Source: an uncultured bacterium | Lineage (GTDB): Bacteria; Verrucomicrobiota; Verrucomicrobiia; Verrucomicrobiales; DEV007 | Assembly: GCA_963977015.1 (NCBI GenBank) | Contig: CAXBMO010000018.1 | Coordinates: 32,001 to 96,000, forward strand | Length of the DNA: 64,000 bases | Reading direction: 5' to 3' | Shown here: piece by piece, positions 10,952-18,598 of the stretch | How the letters are laid out: every line of letters begins with the position of its first letter | How positions within the stretch are numbered: the first letter of the stretch is position 1 | Made by a program: the position numbers and the translations under genes | The notes under the pieces: generated by a model | What the model was told of the DNA's origin: nothing | Databases searched by the model: none | What the model saw: only the letters and a program-made list of their open reading frames with translations

Positions 10952-11431
10952 ATGGAATCGCACGAGGTTATTAAAGAAGCTCTCAGCAAAACGAGCCCCA
11001 AAGCGGTGGCTTCCGATTTGGGAGTCTCACTTTCCTTGGTTTACAAATGGGCGCAGCCGAATACGGAACTCGGTTCAGGAAGCCGAAATCCCCTCGACCG
11101 AATCCATGAGCTGATGAAGCTGACGGGGGAGGAGAAAATCATCCACTGGCTCTGCAAACAGGCCGGAGGTCACTATGTCCGCAATCCGGACGACCAGATC
11201 AACGACTACGAATATGCGCCGGCAACGAACGAAATTGTTCACCAATTTGCCGAACTGCTTCAGGTCATCACCCGCGCAGCGGCAGACAACACCATCACCC
11301 CGGACGAGTCGGATCGCATTCGTCAGGTTTGGGATGAACTGAAAATGATCACTGAAGGCTTTGTCAAAGCCTGCGAGGAACGACGGTTCGAAAGAATCCC
11401 GACCCCCGGCGGTCACCATCACCACGGATAG
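10952..11431 (+). CDS. Phage regulatory CII-family / HTH DNA-binding protein
   Basis: KAVASDLGVSLSLVYKWAQ HTH, NPLDRI, ADNTITPDE motif; ends in GGHHHHG. Confidence 0.75.
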   Translation: MESHEVIKEALSKTSPKAVASDLGVSLSLVYKWAQPNTELGSGSRNPLDRIHELMKLTGEEKIIHWLCKQAGGHYVRNPDDQINDYEYAPATNEIVHQFAELLQVITRAAADNTITPDESDRIRQVWDELKMITEGFVKACEERRFERIPTPGGHHHHG

Positions 11432-11488
11432 TGGTTCGGATGGGCCAGGCGGGAATGTCGTGCCTTCGACGTCTGCGGGGGAACTTCA

Positions 11489-11632
11489 GAGGGCACAGAC
11501 GGCATGTTTGCGATCGCCCAGGTCAATCCCCAAGGTCGCTTTCCGATAGATGGTAGGTCGTGTCGTTTTCATCAGCAGAGAGTCTATCAACCTCGTCCAG
11601 CGACGTGGCGCTCTGCCTTCTCATCTAATCTT
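11489..11632 (-). mobile_element. Truncated IS1111-type (IS110 family) left end with the first transposase codons
   Basis: 144 bp identical, apart from one mismatch seen, to 16983-17126; includes the subterminal IR GCCTTCTCAT; inserted after GGCTAAC-AAG. Confidence 0.92.
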
Positions 11633-11639
11633 GTTAGCC
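11633..11639 (-). other. attC R'' box (GGCTAAC) of the distal cassette; rest of the site lost at the IS remnant
   Basis: Overlaps the TAA stop of 11634..12101 and complements the (GTT)AGCC core in front of that gene. Confidence 0.75.
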
Positions 11640-12101
11640 TTTTAGTCTTCCGCGCCACCGGTTGTCGAGCTCTTGCCGGAATGCGGGAGGATCTCGATGG
11701 CTCAGCCACCATACTACGGTTTCATAGCGCTTCTTCAATTCATCGGGTAGATCTTCACAAAGTCTGTTCTTCGCTGCGTTTTGGGTCGCTTCAATTCCTT
11801 CGACTTCCGCCAGATACCATGGAAGCTCCTCCACGCTCACATCCCACTTCGGGATCAGGCGCCCAAGGTCACTGCCGATGTCGCCATCATAAGGTGGCTT
11901 GAGGAGCCAGAGAATCCCTCCCGCTACTTCCTGAGCAGCGAATCGATTCGTGTGATCGTCTTCGAAGACGCTCAGCATCGCATCCCGCAAGGCATCACTA
12001 TCGCAATTGCGCAGTCGGCGAACGAGATGCTGAATCGCTTGCCATCCATTCGGCCGATCTAGGGACGCGTATAACTCAGCTTTGATTTCGTCCGCGTCCA
12101 T
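11634..12101 (-). CDS. Integron cassette gene, hypothetical protein (155 aa)
   Basis: Promoterless ORF starting 7 nt after the core remnant AGCC and ending in the R'' box; no family recognised. Confidence 0.8.
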   Translation of the reverse strand: MDADEIKAELYASLDRPNGWQAIQHLVRRLRNCDSDALRDAMLSVFEDDHTNRFAAQEVAGGILWLLKPPYDGDIGSDLGRLIPKWDVSVEELPWYLAEVEGIEATQNAAKNRLCEDLPDELKKRYETVVWWLSHRDPPAFRQELDNRWRGRLKG

Positions 12102-12112
12102 TTTCTGAGGCT

Positions 12113-12420
12113 ATCAAGGTAGGGACACCGGTTGCCCGGCGCCCCCCTCACAGATCCCGGTGTGCGGATTTCCCGCACCGGGCTCCTCGGAGAATCGCGC
12201 ACGTTCACGCTTGGTTCTGAAGTCCTGTTGGCTCCCCATCGGATGATAAGATGGCAGGATTGCGCTCATAAGGCAAGGCGGGGTTGATAGGCGGGGTCGA
12301 TTTCTTCCACCACCCTCGCGGGCGGCAGTCGCCACACCGTGGTCCACCGGGCTAGCAGCTTTTCCCAGGTAAAGCTCTTGCGCTGGCTGCACCGATTGAG
12401 CCATTTGAAGATCAATCCCT
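12113..12420 (-). mobile_element. 3' remnant of a group II intron (not class C): maturase C-terminus, domain V and domain VI
   Basis: LIFKWLNRCSQRKSFTWEK...LPPARV maturase tail (stop 12266); DV GAGCCCGGTGCGGGAAATCCGCACACCGGGATC (AGC triad, ~12153-12185); DVI ending CCCTACCTTGAT. Confidence 0.88.
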
Positions 12421-12421
12421 T

Positions 12422-12877
12422 GACCTCCAGCACGTCGGCCGGGGGAAGAGCGCGATCCGTTACCTCGCCGCCTACGCCACCCGCAGCGCGTTTTCCGCCC
12501 AACGCCTGCTGGGCTACGACCAGAGCGGCAACCGCCTGCTCCTACGCTGGATCTCCAGCGAAACGGGCAAAGTCGGCACCCTGCACCTGGCTCCGCACGA
12601 ACTCATCCGGCGCTGGCTCCTGCACGTTCTCCCCAAAGGGTTCACCCGGATCCGGCACTACGGCTTCCTCAGCAGCGCCGCGCGCAAGAAGCGGCTCAAG
12701 ATTCGGCTCCTGCTCGGAGAACTGCGGCCCGAACCGGAACCCGTCCTTCCCGAGCACGAGGTGCCGAACTGTCCACACTGCGGCGGCACGCTGATCCACT
12801 GGTTCGACTTGCCTCGGATTTATCCGGTGCGAGGACCACCGCCATCAACATCACCATCCTTCGCCGCATCATCATGA
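12422..12877 (+). pseudogene. IS91-family (Y2 rolling-circle) transposase, C-terminal fragment
   Basis: Frame not in the ORF track: DLQHVGRGKSAIRYLAAYATR...RRWLLHVLPKGFTRIRHYGFLS...CPHCGG...RGPP, stop TGA at 12875-12877; no start codon. Confidence 0.88.
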
Positions 12878-13174
12878 CAATCGGCGCCTACCCACAAAGC
12901 CAAGTCATCCTAACACCTGCCAAATCGGGATGTCTTGGGAACGTGCGGACTCGTCCCGCGAAAAACCCGCAACTCGTCATCGCTCCTGCCTCCGCTGGGG
13001 GCTCGGACGCCACCAAGGCGCTGCCTTTCGCGTTGCTGGTGACGAATCGGCGGAGCGATTCGTCACGCAGGCCTGTGCGCGTCACTTTGCAGGATCGCCC
13101 CAGTGTCGCGTGGTCCGTAAGTCGCTCACCCTCAGCCTGAAATCGAAACCGCAAAGGAGGCATGAGGGCCCGTT

Positions 13175-15072
13175 ATCGGGTAGGAGGAGGGGTTGCCCCC
13201 TCCGTCCTCCCACACCACCGGGCATACGGTTCCGTACCACGGCGGTTCACGAAGTGGACGCATAGAAGCGAACCGAATCCAACAATCTAACAAGTCCACG
13301 TAAATCAAAGAACTTTCGGGGCATCGCCTTATTCAGATGCGAGGCTCCGGCATTCCACCACGGGCCCCGACCATTGTAGGCAGAGGCTGAAGCGCGCGCT
13401 TCATCAACCCCCAAGCCCATCAGCTTGCGCCGACGGGTTTTGGGCTTCTTCCACTGTCGCCAGAGTACACCTCGCAGCCTGCGCCGCAGCCATCGGTCCA
13501 GTTCCTCCAATACGCCCTTCACCTCGGCGTGCCGAAAGTAGGAGGCCCAGCCACGCAGCAGCGGGTTGAGATCCTCCACAATGAACCGCTCCAAATTCCG
13601 GCCGCGTCCGTGCCGAAGCAGGGCTTTGACCTTCTGGCGCAAGCGCCGCAGCGATTCGTTCGACACCTTGAGTCGTGCTTGATAGTGCATCGTTAGGCTG
13701 TAGCCAAGGAACGAACGGTTCCAAGGCCGGTCTACCGCGCTCTTTTCGGCGTTGACCTTCAACTTCAGATGTTTTCCCAGCCAGATGGTCAGGTTTTCGA
13801 GCACGCGTTCGCCTGCTGTCCGGGATGAAACGTAAATGTTCACATCATCGGCGTAGCGGCAGAAGCGATGCCCGCGTTTCTCCAGATCTTTGTCCAACTC
13901 GTCGAGTAGGATATTGCTGAGCAGCGGCGAGAGCGGGCCGCCTTGTGGCGTTCCCTGACGGCGCGGCCGCACGAGGCCGCCGTCCATCATACCCGCTTGC
14001 AGGTAGCGGCGGATCAGTCGCAAGACCCGTTTGTCCTTCACTTTACGCATCACACGGGCCATGAGCACGTCGTGGTTGACGTTGTCGAAGAACTTTTCCA
14101 GGTCCATATCGACGACCCAGCGCCGCCCGCCTCGCACGTGCTCGCGCATGGCTTTCACCGCCTGATGGGCGCTGCGCCCGGGCCGAAAGCCATAGCTGGA
14201 GTCACTGAACGTGGGATCGAAGATCGGGCCCAACACTTGCGCAGTCGCCTGTTGAATCAGACGGTCGAGCACCGTGGGTATGCCCAGAGTTCGTTCCCCC
14301 TTTCCTCCCGGTTTGGGGATTTGCACCTTACGTACTGCGTTTGGCCGGTATGTTCCGGCCAGCAGTTGTTCTTTGATTTCGGGCCAATGGATTTTGAGGA
14401 AGGGGCGCATTTGCTCCCAGCTCATGCCATCGGCCCCGGCGGCCCCTTTGTTGCGTTCTACCGCGTGGAGGGCACGCCACATGTTCTCACGATCGACGAT
14501 TGCCGCCATCAGGTCGGCTTCTTTGGATGGGTTTCCATCTGGGTTGGCCGGAACGCTCGTTGACGCCCCACATTCCAACAGCCCTGGCGGATTCTGTCCG
14601 TTACCTCTGCCGGGTGGGTCAGGCATCTCAGCCTTCTGTTCTGCATCTGCTTCGTTCATCGACAACTTGGTTGGTTAACCATCACACTTCATGTTCGGGC
14701 CTTCAGCCGGGTCGATCTCCGGCCTACTATGCCCTCTGCTGACTTCTGGCGCGTCATCCCAGCACCTCTCAATGCTGGTAGCACATGGCAACACGCCAGA
14801 TCTCCCCGGGTAATGCGCATTCACCTCCGCACTTATCCCCGCCACATATACATCAACACCTTCTGTGCAAGTATGGGACTTCGAATGTGTTGGCCTTCTC
14901 ATCCGGTATTGATGCCTCATATGTGATTTCTGTTCGTCGGGGTAGTGTTTTGCCTACGGCTTCCTTCAGACTCCACCTCACGGTGGACGCCCTTGCCGCT
15001 CAGCTAGCGGTTCCCCTTGCCGGGTCCGCGGAGGACTTGAACCTCCAAGTGAATGCGCCCTGCCGGGCGCAC
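13175..15072 (-). mobile_element. Complete class C group II intron (~1.9 kb)
   Basis: 5' end GTGCGCCCGGCA at 15072; class C-type DV GAACCGCCGTGGTACGGAACCGTATGCCCGGTGG (CGC triad); 3' end CTCCTACCCGAT at 13175; inserted immediately after a stem-loop. Confidence 0.93.
13247..14665 (-). CDS. ltrA: Group II intron reverse transcriptase/maturase (no endonuclease domain)
   Basis: NKGAAGADG, RTLGIPTVLDR, YGFRPGRSAH, DLEKFFD, GTPQGGPLSPLLSNI, RYADD, LRGWASYF. Confidence 0.96.
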   Translation of the reverse strand: MSMNEADAEQKAEMPDPPGRGNGQNPPGLLECGASTSVPANPDGNPSKEADLMAAIVDRENMWRALHAVERNKGAAGADGMSWEQMRPFLKIHWPEIKEQLLAGTYRPNAVRKVQIPKPGGKGERTLGIPTVLDRLIQQATAQVLGPIFDPTFSDSSYGFRPGRSAHQAVKAMREHVRGGRRWVVDMDLEKFFDNVNHDVLMARVMRKVKDKRVLRLIRRYLQAGMMDGGLVRPRRQGTPQGGPLSPLLSNILLDELDKDLEKRGHRFCRYADDVNIYVSSRTAGERVLENLTIWLGKHLKLKVNAEKSAVDRPWNRSFLGYSLTMHYQARLKVSNESLRRLRQKVKALLRHGRGRNLERFIVEDLNPLLRGWASYFRHAEVKGVLEELDRWLRRRLRGVLWRQWKKPKTRRRKLMGLGVDEARASASAYNGRGPWWNAGASHLNKAMPRKFFDLRGLVRLLDSVRFYASTS

Positions 15073-15127
15073 CAACAACCGATAGCTCTTGGGCTAAGCC
15101 CGGAAGCTATCTTTGGGGTTGTTCGGC
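15073..15127 (-). other. attC-like hairpin site; its R' core GTTG|AAC is split by the intron (AAC at 13172-13174)
   Basis: R'' GCCGAAC (15127-15121) complements the cassette core GTTCGGC; stems AACAACC/GGTTGTT, GATAGCT/AGCTATC, GGGC/GCCC; spacing is non-canonical. Confidence 0.7.
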
Positions 15128-15134
15128 TTGGTCT

Positions 15135-15527
15135 TCATTTGGGTGCGCGGTCCGGTTCGGGGTATCGCTGGGGAACCTGTGGATCATAGAAGCCACAGCC
15201 CAAGCTGTGTGCAACGTCTATAATCCTGTTCAGAACCTCGGAATGGTCGAGCAGCTTGTATCCGCAGGTAATAACAATCAAATGCACACTGTGCTTGTCG
15301 GCATGACAGAAGTTGACCTCGAATCCAGAATCAAATCCCCGCCAAATCAACTGGCCGTGATCTAATTCGATCTCTGGGAACGCCTTCTCGAAGCGGTCAA
15401 TCACATCCTCGCGGGGGAACGCATCAACTTCGGGATTCGGACGCTCCTGTGAGAGGGTATCCACTCTCATACCTGCATCGCCAACAAAAGGCTTCTTCTC
15501 GCGCCAAAAATAGAGGTCGTAGCTCAT
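15135..15527 (-). CDS. Integron cassette gene, hypothetical protein (130 aa)
   Basis: [11 protein letters not shown]...GFYDPQ bounded by GTTCGGC (15545-15539) and GCCGAAC (15127-15121). Confidence 0.82.
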   Translation of the reverse strand: MSYDLYFWREKKPFVGDAGMRVDTLSQERPNPEVDAFPREDVIDRFEKAFPEIELDHGQLIWRGFDSGFEVNFCHADKHSVHLIVITCGYKLLDHSEVLNRIIDVAHSLGCGFYDPQVPQRYPEPDRAPK

Positions 15528-15538
15528 CTGATTTTTCT

Positions 15539-15655
15539 GCCGAACGTCCGAGGTGTGGCAGCGGCTACTGAGAGCGCCACCTCGAAACAGGGTTGAGTGT
15601 TGAAGTAAAGAGGGTCATGCCGACTCGGGGCGTGTAGCCGCTTGTCCACCACCGC
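15539..15655 (-). other. attC site, distal part (R'' half GCAGAAC-AAG lies at 17133-17124, beyond the IS)
   Basis: Rejoined site is ~127 bp: GCAGAAC-AAGGC-GGTGGTGG...CCACACC-TCGGAC-GTTCGGC, with canonical 5/6-nt spacers, one extra base in L'' and an inner stem AGCGGCTAC/GTAGCCGCT. Confidence 0.85.
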
Positions 15656-15670
15656 CTTCCATGAGAAGGC

Positions 15671-15998
15671 CATCAAGTAGTAACATCAAAATTTCAATTT
15701 TGCTAGGGTTTGTTGTTGGGCTGGGTGGTGGTGGTTTCAGGGATGAAGGTTGAATCGCGCTTCCATTCGCACTCGTTTGGTAGAGCCACTGTTCGCTGGG
15801 CTTCGGTGCATGTTTGGATCCGGTTCATCTCTGTTCTATCACAAAGAAAAGGACGCTGCTATCTTGTTCCCGCATTCCTAACTCATAAGGTTTGATGCTG
15901 ACGCATGGACCGCAGTCGCCCCAAAGGTTGGTTGCTGGCGTTAGCTTCGCAGTCGTCCAGGAAAGGCGTTCTTGGCTTTTGAAAATTCATGTCGGTTT
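15671..15998 (-). ncRNA. Probable bridge/seek RNA region of the IS1111 element
   Basis: Non-coding end contains GAACAAG (15869-15863), matching the target flank, and ATGGAAG (15766-15760), matching the donor junction. Exact RNA ends cannot be determined. Confidence 0.7.
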
Positions 15999-17066
15999 TC
16001 AGGCGCTGGCTAACTTCATCGGCTCATACGCGGTATCGTTCTTCCAAATTGTCATCATCACCACCGCCAACTTCCGGGCGGTCGCGACCACGGCTTTCTT
16101 CTTCGCGCCACGACCGCCTCGTTGCGCTAGACGCAGGCCGCGGATTTGCAGATCGCACTCTTCGCCAAACGGTCCCAACAGATATTGGGCGCTACCGACG
16201 AGGAGGCGACGCAGATAAGCGTTCCCACATTTGCTAATCCGCAGGGACTTGTCGACCCCGCCGGATTGATCGCGCCGCGGCACCAAGCCGAGATAAGCTC
16301 CCCCATCGCGAGGGTGACGGAAACGTTGGGGATCGCCAATTGTGAGGATAAAGCAAAGCGCCGTGATCGGCCCAATCCCACGGATCTCGCGCAAGCGTTG
16401 GCTCTCCGGATAGCGTTCCTGACACAACCGCTCAATCTCGCGGTCCAGTTCCCGGATCTTTGCCGTCATCGTGTCGATCACTTGCAACGAGGGCTCGATC
16501 ATGGCTAACACCTCAGCCTCGTCCCCCTGCAGTAACATTTGAGCCCGACGGGCGAAGCAGGTCGTTTTGGGCGATGGCAGGCGAATTCCCAAACCTTTGA
16601 GTGTGAAGCGCACCGCTGAGATCACGTCCACGCGTTGGCGCACCAGATTGTCGCGCAGCTTGATCTGAAGAAGGTCGCGCTGGGCCTGCTCGCTACCGTG
16701 CACAATGGGATGCAACAGACTCGCATCCACCCGAGCCAGCTTCGCCAACATCCGCGCATCCAACTCATCGCTCTTGCGTTCGTTTTGGTAGATCGCACGC
16801 AGTTTACGTGAGTTCGCCACAATGACTTCGCATCCCAACTTGTCGAGTAGCCGACTGATCCACAGGCTATGACTTCCCACCTCCATAGCGATCCGTGCTT
16901 TGGGAAAGCGCTTCACCAACATCGCCAACCGTTCTCTGGTATTGGGGATCGTCATTTCCGCGACAATCTCGCCCTTCGCGTTGAGGGCACAGACGGCATG
17001 TTTGCGATCGCCCAGGTCAATCCCCAAGGTCGCTTTCCGATAGATGGTAGGTCGTGTCGTTTTCAT
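15999..17066 (-). CDS. IS110-family DEDD transposase/recombinase
   Basis: GIDLGD, MEVG, KSDELDA, RGIGPITA, YLGLVPRRDQSGG (catalytic Ser), ISKCGNAYLRRLL, ARKLAV. Confidence 0.96.
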   Translation of the reverse strand: MKTTRPTIYRKATLGIDLGDRKHAVCALNAKGEIVAEMTIPNTRERLAMLVKRFPKARIAMEVGSHSLWISRLLDKLGCEVIVANSRKLRAIYQNERKSDELDARMLAKLARVDASLLHPIVHGSEQAQRDLLQIKLRDNLVRQRVDVISAVRFTLKGLGIRLPSPKTTCFARRAQMLLQGDEAEVLAMIEPSLQVIDTMTAKIRELDREIERLCQERYPESQRLREIRGIGPITALCFILTIGDPQRFRHPRDGGAYLGLVPRRDQSGGVDKSLRISKCGNAYLRRLLVGSAQYLLGPFGEECDLQIRGLRLAQRGGRGAKKKAVVATARKLAVVMMTIWKNDTAYEPMKLASA

Positions 17067-17118
17067 CAGCAGAGAGTCTATCAACCTCGTCCAGCGACGA
17101 GGCGCTCTGCCTTCTCAT

Positions 17119-17724
17119 CTAATCTTGTTCTGCTTCTTTGGCTGTTATCGAATTACGTATGGCTGCCTTGAAGTGATCCAGCTTGCTGCCATTCCAGCTA
17201 AAGTCCCAATCTTCTGGGTCAAACTTCTGATTTAGCATTTTACCTAGTTCTTCATTATCTAGGCTTGCTGCCCAACGATTCTGCTCCTTCACGCACAGAG
17301 CCTCGATGCGAAGACGCTTATCTTCATCGTAGCGAATTCCTCGGCATTCAAGATACGCATGTGTCGCCTCATGGACTAGTAAGGCAGCATGAAAAGCGAT
17401 AGAAAACTCGACATCCCGTTCAGGCCAAGACTCTTCAAAGTTAATCGCGCAAGCATGCGCCCAGTGCCAATATTCAGCACCCGGCGTAGAAAGGCTCGTG
17501 TTCACGATCCAATCCAAATTCTTAGTTACGCGAGAAAACCTACGCGAATCTGTGTCCTTGAGAAGATTCAGTGAGGCTAGAATCGTGGTGTGAAAATCCA
17601 CACTTCTTCTCCTAACGTCCACAATCCGAATCGAATAGACCTCCTCGACTGTCATTGATGACCACAATCGGAGGGTGAGCTTGCGAGATACTATGCCGAT
17701 ACAGCGCCGTATGCTTCCGATCAT
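17119..17724 (-). CDS. First integron cassette gene; hypothetical protein with an HExxH motif
   Basis: AT-richer ORF bounded by GTTCTGC (17740-17734) and GCAGAAC (17133-17127); LLVHEATH; current stop is supplied by the IS end. Confidence 0.8.
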   Translation of the reverse strand: MIGSIRRCIGIVSRKLTLRLWSSMTVEEVYSIRIVDVRRRSVDFHTTILASLNLLKDTDSRRFSRVTKNLDWIVNTSLSTPGAEYWHWAHACAINFEESWPERDVEFSIAFHAALLVHEATHAYLECRGIRYDEDKRLRIEALCVKEQNRWAASLDNEELGKMLNQKFDPEDWDFSWNGSKLDHFKAAIRNSITAKEAEQD

Positions 17725-17733
17725 AATTTCTTA

Positions 17734-17760
17734 GCAGAACAGTATATTATTTCCCTTGAA
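17734..17760 (-). other. Putative attI site
   Basis: Core GTTCTGC preceded by AT-rich sequence (GAAATAATATACT) with no attC palindrome; lies between the first cassette and the integrase remnant. Confidence 0.6.
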
Positions 17761-17997
17761 GGGCTGATATCCAAATCACGCAATTGGACCTAAATTCTTA
17801 AGGGATGTTGATCGTTTAATTTGGGAATTCATGATTTCTCTAAAAAGGTATGAGGATTATCAGTTCCTAGACTGCCAACCCAAGATTGCAGATGGACTAG
17901 CAATACGGGATATCGTCGTTTTCCTCAAGGAAGTTCCGACGTGGTGAGGACTTTTCTTGGAAGGGGCCGTTCTCATTTTTGATTTCCACTTCTCGAC

Positions 17998-18062
17998 CAG
18001 GAATTATTGGGACATGGGGATGCGAAGACGGGCAGTTGCATTTGCATGCCATGAATCGTGGG
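17998..18062 (+). pseudogene. intI: Integron-integrase (tyrosine recombinase) C-terminal remnant
   Basis: QELLGHGDAKT, then a 1-nt frameshift, then QLHLHAMNRG; this matches box II (QELLGHxDxxTTxIYxHxxNRG) with His at the catalytic Tyr position; divergent from the array. Confidence 0.7.
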
Positions 18063-18598
18063 ATGGATGGACAGGAAGATGGAAGTTGGGGGCTTGGAAG
18101 TGACGGCGACAGGATGTCGCCGCTACCGCGTAGGCTGAATCCGGCGGTGAGAGTGGCTGCACCGGATTCCTCCGTGCGTTCGACGGAAAATGCCACCGAT
18201 CTCGAAACCCGGCGTTTTTGCAATCTTGCGACGTTGTATTGAAGGAAATCCGCGAAGTTGCGCCATCCTAACACGCTCATCTTCCTGCAAAATCTCTGAG
18301 CAGTTCATCCAAATCGAAAACCCGTTTAGCTTAAACGAGAACCCGCTTGGCTGAGACGAAAACCTGGTTAGCTGAAGGCGTTTTATCTATAACCAGGACC
18401 CGGGGACGTTTATCCGGTTCTCCTGTTTTCAGGGTTTGGTCGGGGGCGGGTTGCGTTTGGTTTGGTTCTTTTGGGCTGCCAGGGCGGCGATTTTTCGGGT
18501 GAGAGTTTGGGTGTGATGGGGATGCTCGGATTCGACTGCCAGTCGAATCTACGGGGCTGGTTCGGAATTTTGGCAAATTCCGCTACCTCCTCACTTCC

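Larger units (their letters stand above)
15656..17126 (-). mobile_element. IS1111-subgroup (IS110 family) insertion sequence inserted in attC
   Basis: Subterminal IRs ATGAGAAGGC (15661-15670) and GCCTTCTCAT (17109-17118); CTT core at both junctions; ~340-bp non-coding region 3' of the transposase. Confidence 0.93.

Noticed and set aside
10952-11431. Prophage
   Set aside because: No structural, packaging or replication phage genes are in the window.
13247-14665. Retron, DGR or defence reverse transcriptase
   Set aside because: It has a maturase domain and full intron ends (GTGCG...DV-DVI-AT); no template/variable repeat pair was seen.
15656-15676. Promoter formed at the IS circle junction (TTGATG-17 nt-TAGATG)
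   Set aside because: The position fits IS1111 behaviour, but the -10 match is too weak to call from sequence alone.
15539-17740. Array read on the plus strand with inverted genes
   Set aside because: The 5/6-nt spacers, the extra base in L'', the attI position and the divergent integrase remnant all fit the minus-strand orientation.
18070-18590. Short ORFs (17897-18280, 18123-18308, 18331-18576) as real genes
   Set aside because: No convincing motif or start context; this is probably decayed sequence beside the integrase remnant.
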